From positions 13,993,371 to 14,054,257 of the forward strand of contig NC_068998.1 in assembly GCF_001194135.2 (NCBI RefSeq): 60,887 nt of DNA, written 5' to 3'. Position numbers and translations under genes: made by a program. This document shows, in pieces, positions 47,228 through 58,927 of the stretch. The notes beneath the pieces were generated by a model. That model did not search any database, was not told the origin of the DNA, and worked only from the letters and a program-made list of their open reading frames with translations. Numbering within the stretch: the stretch's first letter is position 1; the number at the start of each line of letters is the position of its first letter. Source of the stretch: Octopus bimaculoides (lineage: Eukaryota).

Positions 47228-47482
47228 TATACTTATTTTCTATCGAGGCCGTTCGTTCGATTTTTTATAACGCTGATCTTGTTTTATTGTCATGAATTGT
47301 GACATGCCAAATTCATCTCTTTCAAACTAGATATCGTCTGCACTACTCCTACAACTATTTTTTTTTAAATGCATAAATTCAAATGTAAACCTTTTCAGCC
47401 AACACAAGTCACTCGTCTTGCTAGTAGTAACCATAAACCAAAAATCGATAATAGACACTTTGACTGAAAAAATATATAGATT

Positions 47483-47866
47483 GGCTGTGTGGTAAGTAGC
47501 TTGCCTACCAACCACATGGTTCTGGGTTCAGTCCCGCTGCGTGGCACCTTGGGCAAGTGTCTTCTACTATAGCCTCGGGCCGACCAAAGCCTTGTGAGTG
47601 GATTTGGTAGACGGAAACTGAAAGAAGCCTGTCGTATATATGTATGTGTATATGTTTGTGTGTCTGTGTTTGTCCCCCCCTAACTTCACTTGACAACCGA
47701 TGCTGGTGTGTTTACGTCCCCGTAACTTAGCGGTTCGGCAAAAAGAGACCGATAGAATAAGTACTAGGCTTCCAAAGAATAAGTCCTGGGGTCGATTTGC
47801 TCGACTAAAGGCGGTGCCCCAGCATGGCCGCAGTCAAATGACTGAAACAAGTAAAAGAGTAAAGAG
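47483..47866 (+). mobile_element. tRNA-derived SINE (family A, most abundant), full length
   Basis: Head GGCTGTGTGGTAAGTAGC..GGTTCAGTCCC; internal (TA/TG)n; tail GAAACAAGTAAAAGAG. Confidence 0.85.
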
Positions 47867-49499
47867 GATGGTCACAACTGGAATGCCCTTTGATCATATG
47901 TCCGCTCCACCAAGACTGACCTGGAGTTAAACGGTTACAACAATGGCAACTTTAATGATGTTGTAAAACAGCAGCGGCAGCGCTAGCCAAATCATCATTT
48001 TTGTTATTATTATAATAATTTATTTGGCAAATTCTTGCTCGTACATGCACAAGAATTGTGTACAATTCATTTCAAACTCATTCAAAACAATGAACTTGTT
48101 TGGCTAGTTTCTTTGTGTAAGACATGAACGTTAAAACCTCACTCTATTTCTTCTCTTTCAATTCCTCGTGTGTTCACTATACAAGGAATGGAATATAAGA
48201 AATCAATGTTATCAAATAAGGAGCACGAGTTATGGTATTGCGCCGGATTCAATAAACTTAGTATTTAGTTATATATCTCAACTATATGAGTTAAAAATCC
48301 CATCTTTCATTCCTCTGGGATCGATAAAACAAAACTCTTATCAACAACATACCAGAATCGATTCGCGAGACAGTACTCAGCAAATATCAATATTGTGTCA
48401 AATCTATTGAAAAGAAATAGTTTTGAAATAAATATATTTCAGCTTTCGTTGTTATTGTTTTGTTTTTCTCCGATTAATTCTTCTAAAATGAAACTCAATG
48501 AAATGGTGAAAAATATTCAACACATCTGCGCTGTTTGTTAAAAGCCATATAAATACATGCATATACACACTGACCCAAACACGAATCATAATAAAAAAAT
48601 ATATATATACAAAGATCGGCTAAAATATATTATAAACTTCAATAAAAATTCTGTATAAATAAAATGTGGTTACCGAAGGACGAATAGCTGATCATAAATA
48701 AGTCTTCTACGAAAAGGAAAATAAACAAGTAGGCCCCTAAATATAACTAAGCGCACATGTCTTTTCATCAGAGCAACAAAGGAGCCACGGATTCTATGCA
48801 TCACTAGGAACGCCACGGTAACGCAGCACTAACACTAAAGAATGCGTCAAGGGAGAGAACAGGCTAACAACCTACCTCGCTACTTGCGCTGAATTTATTA
48901 TTGCAAAAATATTAAGGTGGCGTGCTGGTGGAATCGTTAGCACGCCGGAAAAATGTTTAACAGTATTTCTCCCGACTTGAGTTCAAATTCCCCCGAGGTC
49001 TTCTTTGCCTTTCATCCTTTCGAGGTAGATAATGTAATCGACTTGTCCCCTCCACCAAAATTTCAGGTCTTGTGCCTATAGTAGAAAAATTCCAGGCAAT
49101 AATGTCTTAAATTTTCACCATGTTTATCAACACATCATCAAAAGTTTCAAAATTATGGAAAAGGTTTTTTTTTTTTGGTTTTTTTTAATACTTATAAACT
49201 ACCANNNNNNNNNNNNNNNNNNNNNNNNNNNNNNNNNNNNNNNNNNNNNNNNNNNNNNNNNNNNNNNNNNNNNNNNNNNNNNNNNNNNNNNNNNNNNNNN
49301 NNNNNNNNNNNNNNNNNNNNNNNNNNNNNNNNNNNNNNNNNNNNNNNNNNNNNNNNNNNNNNNNNNNNNNNNNNNNNNNNNNNNNNNNNNNNNNNNNNNN
49401 NNNNNNNNNNNNNNNNNNNNNNNNNNNNNNNNNNNNNNNNNNNNNNNNNNNNNNNNNNNNNNNNNNNNNNCACCAAAAACAAATATATATACACACTTT

Positions 49500-50600
49500 A
49501 AATAATTGTAAAATAGGTTATTATTAAAATAAATTTCATTTTCAAAATTTGATAGAATCTACAGACATTATTTTATTGTTTTGTTAATGCCTGTTTCCAA
49601 CTGACATCCGTTCTGGTCCAGCCACTACTGACAACGCGAAGCAATGGAATCGCAAACATCATGAAATAATTTGTTTGGTATTTGTGTGCATTCTCATTCA
49701 ATGGCTGCTCTCAAATCAGTGACTGTTGCAGGTTTCATAGCGCAAACTTCGTCTTTTAGGTAGTCTAGTGGTGTGAGGTCTGGTGAACACGGAGGGTATT
49801 CAATGAACCCCCTTCGTCCAATCCACCTGTTTGGCAAGATCTCATCAAGGAAGGATCTAACATCGCGATAGTAGTGTGGGGGGTGCCCCATCTTGTTGAA
49901 AAAAAAAAACTCCTCATCTTCAAAGTCTTCTCTAATGTTTGGCATGACAATCGGTTACAGCAAGTCAATGAGACCAATCACAGTAGTATAAAAAAAGAAT
50001 GGTCCAATTAATCCTCTTGATGATAAACTGCATCACACTGTAATTCTTGGTAAATTAACATGGTGTTCCACCATAACATACGCGGATTCTCAGGTCCCCA
50101 GTAGGTGCAATTGTGGCAGTTAATTGAACCATTTAATTTGAATGTGGCCTCACCATTCCGTACAATCTTTGTTGGAAAATGTGCATCTTCTACACATCGT
50201 GCCAGGTACCACTCGCAATACTGCACTTTTCGGTCTGGATCATCGTCATTAATAGCATGGACTAATCATGGAATGTAACTTAACATTGAAAACGCTTCAA
50301 AATGCATTGGACAGACGATTTTGAAATACCTACTTCATGACCCGCTTGCCGCGTAGATTTTCTTGGACTTTGGTGACATGTTTCCAGCACTCCTTGCTTT
50401 GTGGGGGTTGTTGATGCATGTGGTCTTCCGGAACGCTTCTCGTGGACATTCTGAACAGTTCCATCGGCTTCAAACTTATTTTTAATTCGAGTGATCGTAA
50501 GTCACGTTGGTGGATCTGTTTGAAGCTCCTTCCTAAACGGTCTTTGCACTTCAACTGCATTTTACACACTTCCAGCAGCAATTTAGAATGAATTTCCTAT
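49500..50600 (-). mobile_element. Tc1/mariner-superfamily DD41D (rosa/Visitor-like) transposase pseudogene
   Basis: Frameshifted motifs [21 protein letters not shown] and QQDGAPPHY...RWIGRRG..EYPPCSPDLTPLD; 41 residues between D2 and D3 after removing a +1 C. Confidence 0.8.
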
Positions 50601-50609
50601 GTTCAAAGC

Positions 50610-50830
50610 TTAGTAAGACTGCTATCATTAATTCCAACGGGTTTAATCTGGAAAGAAAAAAACATCAATTGAGTTATCTGCTGCTAATAATAACATCGAA
50701 AAATACCCCAGGAATGAGAACCAGGTGCGAAATTTCCCCAAGATACCTAACGAAGGCTGGAGGGTATATCAGCCGAAACGTTGTTAACAACCAAGAGAGG
50801 ACAAATATCCGTCAATTCTAAATAATGTAA
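50610..50830 (+). mobile_element. Penelope-like element terminal fragment with decayed hammerhead core
   Basis: CTAACGA-A-GGCTG..CAGCC-GAAACGTT motif, then CAAGAGAGGACAAATATCCGTC; the same tail occurs on - at about 2880-2960. Confidence 0.6.
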
Positions 50831-50968
50831 ATACCTACAACTTCCTTAACTTAGAAAAGTAACGGTATATTTTTCGTTTAATTTACGGGGTGAATGTGAA
50901 CATCTGAAACGATACAGCACATAATGGCAGAGAAGCTTCTTGATAATGTCTATTCTTGATTTATATGA

Positions 50969-51131
50969 CGGGGTGAGCGCGAACGCAGACCCCACACTTA
51001 GAAATAGCGCACCCGAGTCGCCCACATTTGGGGCGATCGCAAAGGTCAACCCAACCGGAGTGCAATGGAAGGGCCTCACTTTGGGAGAACCACCTTGAGG
51101 ATCATGGTTTACTCCTGTGCCAGGTAAGTAT
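50969..51131 (-). ncRNA. RNU1: U1 spliceosomal snRNA, copy 2 (equals the consensus of the five)
   Basis: Reverse complement of copy 1 with 1 difference; full 163 nt. Confidence 0.97.
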
Positions 51132-51165
51132 GTTTTTGTCTCTTTCACTAAACTCATATATTACT

Positions 51166-51192
51166 ATATTTGCATTGTAACTTCACTGATAT
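51166..51192 (-). promoter_or_regulatory. Candidate PSE of U1 copy 2
   Basis: Same invariant 27-mer at -61..-35. Confidence 0.75.
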
Positions 51193-53113
51193 TGCCTCTA
51201 ATATTACATTCTAATATTAATTTTTCAATAAATGTCATCATATATATTATAACTTAACTACTACAATTCATTATTTCTAATTAAGTGAATTAGTAATTTA
51301 ATGCTTTAATTCGTTCAAATACTATGAAATTTAAACATTATCGCCTTGTTTAATTCAACAGTAAAGGCAAATGACCAAGGGAGACAACTCCAGTTTTATT
51401 TGAAAGTTTACCGCTAGATACGAACTGTAAAACATTTACTACTACAAAACGAGCCAATAAAAGAGCATCTTACATGATCGTTAGGCATGCTAGATATAAC
51501 AACGAAGTCTTCCTCAAATTACACACAATGACTTCTATTTTTTACAAAAATGAAAACTAACCAACGCCGGTTGTGAAGCGGTGGTAGGGGACAAATACAG
51601 CACGCACGCACACACACAGACACACACGCTCGCACGCACACACGGTATCTCTACTTATACCAGTGTAGTATGACCAGGTGTTTGATGCCCAGAATAAGTA
51701 ATATCTTGTTTCGATGAAATATAAACATACGTTCAAGAAACAATTATGTAAAAGAAGTAAAATATTATTGATGTATAAGAAACGTTTAACATCAAAATAC
51801 ATACAACATTCGATAAAACAAACTACTGACAGGAGACTTTTACAATCAATACCTGTAGCGTAGTTGGAGAGACGGCCAGGGAGGGGGGGGTTCCGCCTCA
51901 TGTGGTATAGAGGGTAGGGGAGGTGGTAACAGCAATCACAAGAGATACTCCGAATAGCACACTGTATAGCAATGACAATATATGTGTAAATAATATTTTT
52001 AGTGAATTTAACATTTTTCCTGATGGGTATAGTAAATTGATNNNNNNNNNNGGTGGGGGAAGTGGTAACAGCAATCTCAAGAGATACTCCGAATAGCACA
52101 CAGTATAGCAACGACAATATATGTGTAAACAATATTTTTAGTGAATTTAACATTTTTCCTGATGGGTATAGTAAATTGATTTGACTAGCAAAAATTTTTG
52201 TCTGGAGTATCCCCAACTCTAACAGAGAGATTGACGGACGAACAGGCAGGCAGACAGTTAGATACATAGATATGTGGGTAGGCAGGCAGGTAGGTCGGTA
52301 GGTAGGTAGGCAAATATGTAGGTACACAGATAGATACATGGCATTTATTACAGTGAAGAAAGTAACTTATAAAAAATTAACAGAAAATAACGAATGAGAA
52401 ACTTCATGAAACGGAAATTCTCAATTCTCTTTCCATTTTACGATAAACTTATTTTGATCGTGTTGAGAAATGTGTATGTGTTCGTACATACATACACAGA
52501 TAAAAGCAGAGTGCTAGAGAGGAAATTGCAATGTGTGTGTGTGTAACCGGATTCTTTAAATTTCCATCTACCATATCCAATCATAAGCCTTTGGTCGGCC
52601 CGGGACGATACTAGAAGGCACTTGCCCAAGGTGCACACAGTAAGACTAAAGTTGGATCCAGGTGTTTGGGAAGCAAACATCTAACGACATATTCAGCGTA
52701 ACAGGCGTGAAAATACGAAATCATTCACACAACAAGTAACTATGCGTACTCAATTCAAAACATTATTGAGAGAGTTTTTGCACATTAACACAGAAGTCCT
52801 CATATAGGAAGGGGCTGAGTGGGGTGAGGTGATGCGAACGTTGAAATACTGCAGGAAAACAAGTCCTCGTTAGTAGTGCAAATGGATAAACAAAAAACAA
52901 AAAAAGAATCTCCGCAACTGTTTCGTTAATAGGGTGAGGATAATCTCAGATCTACAACGAAAAGAGATAATGAATATTGTGTGTACAATAGTTGTAGTTC
53001 TTAAACGAGAGCCACTATTCTTCGTTTGAATCACGGGGTGTATCTGGTACTTTGCAACAAAGTACACAATGTAAGAGAATCTTCTCAATTAGGTCTGTTC
53101 TTGAATTATATGA

Positions 53114-53276
53114 CGGGGTGAGCGCGAACGCAGACCCCACACTTAGAAATAGCGCACCCGAGTCGCCCACATTTGGGGCGATCGCAAAGGTCAACCCAAC
53201 CGGAGTGCAATGGAAGGGCCTCATTTTGGGAGAACCATCTTGAGGATCATGGTTTACTCCTGTGCCAGGTAAGTAT
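53114..53276 (-). ncRNA. RNU1: U1 spliceosomal snRNA, copy 3
   Basis: 163 nt; 2 substitutions vs consensus (53224, 53238). Confidence 0.96.
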
Positions 53277-53310
53277 GTTTCTTCCGGTTTCACTAAACTC
53301 ATATATTACA

Positions 53311-53337
53311 ATATTTGCATTGTAACTTCACTGATAT
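53311..53337 (-). promoter_or_regulatory. Candidate PSE of U1 copy 3
   Basis: Same invariant 27-mer at -61..-35. Confidence 0.75.
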
Positions 53338-53994
53338 TGCCTCTAATATTACCCTTAAATATTAATTTTTCAACAAATTTCGTCATATATATTATAACTC
53401 AATTACTACAATTCATTATTTCTAATTAAATTATTTAGTAATTTAATTCGTTCAAATATTACGAAATTAAAAAATTATCGCCTTGTTTGATTCAACAGTA
53501 AAGGCAAATGACCAAGGGAGACAACTCCAGTTTTATTTCTAAGTTTACCGATAAAGATATTTACTATAAAACATTTACTACTACAAAACGAGCCAACAAA
53601 AGAGCATCTTACATGATCGTTAGGCATGCTAGATATAACAACGAAGTCTTCCTCAAATTACACACAATGACTTCTATTTTTTTACAAAGATGAAAACTAA
53701 CCAGCGCTAGTTGTTAAGCAGTGGTGGGGGAAAATCAAATAGAGTATACACACACACACAAACACGCACGTATATGATATCTATATATATACCAGTGTAT
53801 GTACGACCGGTTGTTTGATGTCCGGAATAAGTAATATCCTGTTTCGTTGAAATATAGACGACATACATTCAAGAAACAATCATGTAAAAGAAGTAAAACA
53901 TTATTGAAGTATAAACATTTTACAACTACATACAATGTTTATAAAACAAACCACTGACGGAAGACTTGTACAATCAATGCCTGTAGCGTAGTTG

Positions 53995-54311
53995 AAGGCG
54001 CATTGCTCAGTGGTGAGAGCGTCGAGCTTACGATTGTGAGGACTGCATGTTGTGTTCTTGAGCAAGACACTTTATTTCACGTTGCTCCAGTTAATTCATC
54101 TGTAGAAATGAGTTGCGACATCACGGGTGCCAAGCTGTATCGGCCCCTTTGCTTTTCCCTTGGATAACATCAGTAGTGTGGAGAGAAGAGGCTGGTATGC
54201 ATGGGCGACTGCTGGCCTTCCATAAATACCCTTGCACGGACTTGTGCCTCAGAGGGTAACTTTCTAGGTACAATCCCATGGTCATTCATGACCGAAGGGG
54301 GTCTCCCTCCC
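53995..54311 (+). mobile_element. tRNA-derived SINE (family C) inserted in the U1 copy 3 upstream flank
   Basis: Absent from the homologous copy 1 flank; flanked by an AGTTG direct repeat (53990-53994, 54312-54316). Confidence 0.85.
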
Positions 54312-55029
54312 AGTTGGGGAGGAGGCACTGGGGGCAATCCGCTTCCGACGGCACTTTTACGGGGATAGTACTTACGGATCTACTGTATAAGCCTGTAAAG
54401 AAGATTGGATGGTCAGGGGTGGGTTGATGGCAATTTTAAGGGACACTCCGGATAGCATCTTTTTATGAAGATACGTGTTCAAAATTTATTCTTTTTTACT
54501 CCCCCACTACCTCACCATCACACTCCGGACCAATTTTGGTCGATTCTTTTGCACGTAAANNNNNNNNNNNNNNNNNNNNNNNNNNNNNNNNNNNNNNNNN
54601 NNNNNNNNNNNNNNNNNNNNNNNNNNNNNNNNNNNNNNNNNNNNNNNNNNNNNNNNNNNNNNNNNNNNNNNNNNNNNNNNNNNNNNNNNNNNNNNNNNNN
54701 NNNNNNNNNNNNNNNNNNNNNNNNNNNNNNNNNNNNNNNNNNNNNNNNNNNNNNNNNNNNNNNNNNNNNNNNNNNNNNNNNNNNNNNNNNNNNNNNNNNN
54801 NNNNNNNNNNNNNNNNNNNNNNNNNNNNNNNNNNNNNNNNNNNNNNNNNNNNNNNNNNNNNNNNNNNNNNNNNNNNNNNNNNNNNNNNNNNNNNNNNNNN
54901 NNNNNNNNNNNNNNNNNNNNNNNNNNNNNNNNNNNNNNNNNNNGTAACAATTTTAATTACCATTTTTTTTTTTGTGAAAAAAGACAGAAGCGAAGAGATA
55001 ATTATAGTAGTCTTACAGTAGTCGGTCCG

Positions 55030-56165
55030 GAGAGAGGGTAACTTTCAACATCTACGTGCTGTCACGATCTCCAAGGTTCACTCCACGTCCACGTGCGCTA
55101 CCCGTTACTCTACCGTCTCATACGTCCGTTCTGATGTGCTGTTCGCAGTCTCTCAGCCACATGCAGCTGCAGGTGTGCCGACTTCAAGTCAACGATTGTG
55201 GAGGCCCTCGTCATCTGTCTCCACTCTCTCAAGGTTTCGCTACAAATATCCGTAGCTTCACCGTACGTATGGCACAATACGTGGTCGTTCAGCTCCCGGA
55301 AATCCAATGTTGGCCTGACTTTATGTTTCGTCGGCTGCACCACTGCCCTCAGCGGTAGCACTCCGGTCTTCACGTCCTCCTTCCAAGGAATCAGAGCACC
55401 TTCCTTGATCCACCTCTCCCTCGAACTCGTTTCTGGCATCCCCTCTCAGGGTATGCTTATAGCAGCCTACTGCGTTCTTCAATGTCGGAAGATCTCCTTT
55501 CCAGTGCCATTCCACTGCCGGCCATCGAACACAGCTCGAAAATCTTTATCTGTCATGGTGTGTGCAGCATATTTTTCTTCGCAGCTCTCACCACTCTCCT
55601 GTCGCGAACTCACAGCGCATAGCGCCCCCGCATCACCGAACACTACATCGGCTTCATTGACCGTTACACCTCCCAAACGGACAATGGCGTTCCATCCCCA
55701 TCACGACATCGATCCCGTCCACTACACGATCTATTACAATAGACCGCAACTTCAATCTGGGTCCTCGTACCACCGTCTCCACATCGCTACTTCCTCTGCA
55801 TTCAACTACCGTACCGTATACAGCCCTTACACTACTCACTCCACTCCATTCTTCTACAACTTCTGGGGTCATTAGGGTTGTTGAGCAGCCCGTGTCCACG
55901 AGGGCTCGTGACACTTTTCACTACGACTTCTACTACCGGCAACGACTGTAAACGTGACTCTATTCCTTCGACTGGACAACTACCAGCGCAGTAGTCTCCC
56001 TTGGACCGTTTCCCTGCACACATTCACTAGCGATGTGGCCTATCTGTCCGCATCGACAGTAAATCACTCCAGGCCTGGCTTCCCTGCAGTCTCTCGCCAT
56101 GTGCGAACCCTGACACCGAAAACGCCCTTTGAAGGGTCGCGCACGTTCCTTGTTCGACCCCTCTC
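55030..56165 (-). mobile_element. Ty3/Gypsy LTR retrotransposon relic (gag zinc knuckles, protease, RT N-terminus)
   Basis: CRCGQIGHIASEC knuckle; ALVDTGCSTTLM...IDVVMGM retropepsin; KVRPTLDFRELN...VDLKSAHLQL RT; many frameshifts. Confidence 0.88.
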
Positions 56166-56798
56166 NNNNNNNNNNNNNNNNNNNNNNNNNNNNNNNNNNN
56201 NNNNNNNNNNNNNNNNNNNNNNNNNNNNNNNNNNNNNNNNNNNNNNNNNNNNNNNNNNNNNNNNNNNNNNNNNNNNNNNNNNNNNNNNNNNNNNNNNNNN
56301 NNNNNNNNNNNNNNNNNNNNNNNNNNNNNNNNNNNNNNNNNNNNNNNNNNNNNNNNNNNNNNNNNNNNNNNNNNNNNNNNNNNNNNNNNNNNNNNNNNNN
56401 NNNNNNNNNNNNNNNNNNNNNNNNNNNNNNNNNNNNNNNNNNNNNNNNNNNNNNNNNNNNNNNNNNNNNNNNNNNNNNNNNNNNNNNNNNNNNNNNNNNN
56501 NNNCCTTATAAATATATATATATATATATATAAAATACAAAAATCAGAAACATCCTGACAGACGATACAAAGAAAACAAGGGTCATTCGGAGTTTTCTTT
56601 CCTCAGTCGAGTTCCAGATTATGTTTGCAATTTCGGGTGGTTATACTCGAGATTGCTCCAATCTGGCCAGCCCCAGGCAAAAACGGAGCTAAGAGCACTA
56701 GATTCAACCAAATAGGCTCCTCTCAGTCTTGAAGTGCCAAAATCGATAAGGATCATTCCAACTTCTGTAGATTGACTGTCTATTTTTTAATTATATGA

Positions 56799-56961
56799 CG
56801 GGGTGAGCGCGAACGCAGACCCCACACTTAGAAATAGCGCACCCGAGTCGCCCACATTTGGGGCGATCGCAAAGGTCAACCCAACCGGAGTGCAATGGAA
56901 GGGCCTCACTCTGGGAGAACCACCTTGAGGATCATTGTTTACTCCTGTGCCAGGTAAGTAT
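56799..56961 (-). ncRNA. RNU1: U1 spliceosomal snRNA, copy 4
   Basis: 163 nt; 2 substitutions vs consensus (56911, 56936). Confidence 0.96.
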
Positions 56962-56995
56962 GTTTTTTTCGCTTTCACTAAACTGATATATTACA

Positions 56996-57022
56996 ATATT
57001 TGCATTGTAACTTCACTGATAT
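56996..57022 (-). promoter_or_regulatory. Candidate PSE of U1 copy 4
   Basis: Same invariant 27-mer at -61..-35. Confidence 0.75.
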
Positions 57023-57499
57023 CGGCTCTAATATTACTTTCAAATATTAATTTTTTAATAAATTTCATCATATATATTATAATTCTACTAATACAATTCA
57101 TTATTTCTAATTAAGTGATTTAGTAATTTAATGCTTTAATTTGTTCAAATATTACGAAATTTCAAAATTATAGCCTTGTTTAATTCAACAGTGAAGGCAA
57201 ATGAACAAGGGAGATAATTCCATTTTCATTTGAAAGTTTACCGATAAAAATATTTGCTGTAATACATTTACTGCTACAGGATCACTTCCTTTTCATAATT
57301 GTTTCTTGAATGTATGTCTATATTTCAACGAAACACAATATTACTTATTCCGGGCAGCAAACAATCTGTCGTACATACACTGGTATATATATAGATATCA
57401 TATATGTGCGCGCGCGCATGTCTGTGTTTACTCTATTTCATTTGCCCCCACCACTGCTATTTTGTTGGCTCGTTTTGTAGCAGGGATCCTTCTGAATTG

Positions 57500-58160
57500 A
57501 CGGGCACCACTTTTCATTTATGTCTTATGTAGTGTTTTTTGGTACCGAAACACTTTCAAAGTTCGTATACTTGTATATTTTGTGTTATAGAACAGATAAA
57601 AATCTTTTGTATTCGAAGTTATTTCATGTAAAAAATTGACGTATTTCGGTAATTTCAACCAATCACTGACGTCTATTGAGGTGAAAACAATTACTGCTGT
57701 GAATTGTGAACGCCACACGTTGTGCGGTGTAATGGGATCTTTTCCCTTGAATAAAATTAGTGCCGTTGTTTGTCAACAAGAACTATCGGCGATACTGTTA
57801 TTTATAACATCGTTCGTGCGTTTGTACTGGTTTTAGCTTTAGGATTTTGATTATTTTTGCCATAACCTAACTCACAACCCTAACCCTAAAACTCGAACCC
57901 TAAACCCTTATTAGGGAATAACGATATAATTAACGGGGAATAACGATCTTGACACTGGCAAAAATTATTATTTACAAAAACAGCAGTAACTGCATTCAGC
58001 TGAATAGACGTCAGTGATTGGCTGAATTTACAGAAATACGACAACTTTATTATGAAATAACTTGCGATGTAGAAATTTTTGTTAAGAAGGCTAAGAGAAA
58101 AAGATGTTTTATATGACACATTCTACCAGTATCCCTAGTTTGAAAGTGTTTCGTTAAGAA
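57500..58160. mobile_element. MITE with long imperfect TIRs and internal CCCTAA-like repeats
   Basis: CCAATCACTGACGTCTATT (about 57660) vs AATAGACGTCAGTGATTGG (about 58003); CGAAACACTTTCAAA on both arms; the left end matches 41870-41990. Confidence 0.7.
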
Positions 58161-58704
58161 AACAAGTGGGCTATGTTAGAAGCCAAAGGTGCACATAATG
58201 GGACTGAACTCGGTTTGGGAAGCAAACTTGTAACCACATACACCTACATAACAAATAATGAATAAATATTACGTTTCTGTAAAGTGTCGAGAAATCAGTT
58301 GGCAATATTTTGAGTAATGAGACTTGTACCGATACATTACTAACGAGACGTGAAAATACGAAATCAATCACGATGCAAAACAATATTGAGTGGTTCTCGA
58401 GATCACGGGGTGGGGTTCGATCCGTGAACGTTGAAATGCTGTAGCACAAAAAGTCATCATTAGTAGTGCAGATGGATAAAAAACAAACTTTGCTACTGAT
58501 TTGGTACGTGGGTGGGATTAGTATTTGTCAGTTCGACAACCAAATGAGATAACGAACATGTGAGTGTAGTAGTAGTATCTAAGCGAGAACAAGAAAGTTA
58601 CTATGAAATAACTGTTTAAATTACGGGCCAGCGCGTCTGAATCAATACATTTAATTCAAACGTGATAGAGCGTTATCACTTAAGTCTATTCTTGATTTAT
58701 ATGA

Positions 58705-58867
58705 CGGGGTGAGCGCGAACGCAGACCCCACACTTAGAAATAGCGCACCCGGGTCGCCCACATTTGGGGCGATCGCAAAGGTCAACCCAACCGGAGTGCA
58801 ATGGAAGGGCCTCACTTTGGGAGAACCACCTTGAGGATCATGGTTTACTCCTGTGCCAGGTAAGTAT
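58705..58867 (-). ncRNA. RNU1: U1 spliceosomal snRNA, copy 5
   Basis: 163 nt; 1 substitution vs consensus (58752). Confidence 0.96.
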
Positions 58868-58900
58868 GTTTTTTTCGCTTTCACTAAACTCATATATACC

Positions 58901-58927
58901 ATATTTGCATTGTAACTTCACTGATAT
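58901..58927 (-). promoter_or_regulatory. Candidate PSE of U1 copy 5
   Basis: Same invariant 27-mer at -60..-34. Confidence 0.75.

Noticed and set aside
51917-52160. About 120-bp tandem duplication around a 10-N gap (similar at 25960-26100)
   Set aside because: Near-identical sequence on both sides of a minimal gap is typical of unmerged contig or haplotype overlap.
56581-56612. Second hammerhead-like motif on - (CTGAGGA...CTCCGAAT)
   Set aside because: Stem II is poor, GAAA is GAAT, and there is no clear stem I or III; too degenerate to call.
50969-58867. CRISPR-like or regular tandem array
   Set aside because: Units are 163-nt snRNA genes with kb-scale irregular spacers in a eukaryotic genome.
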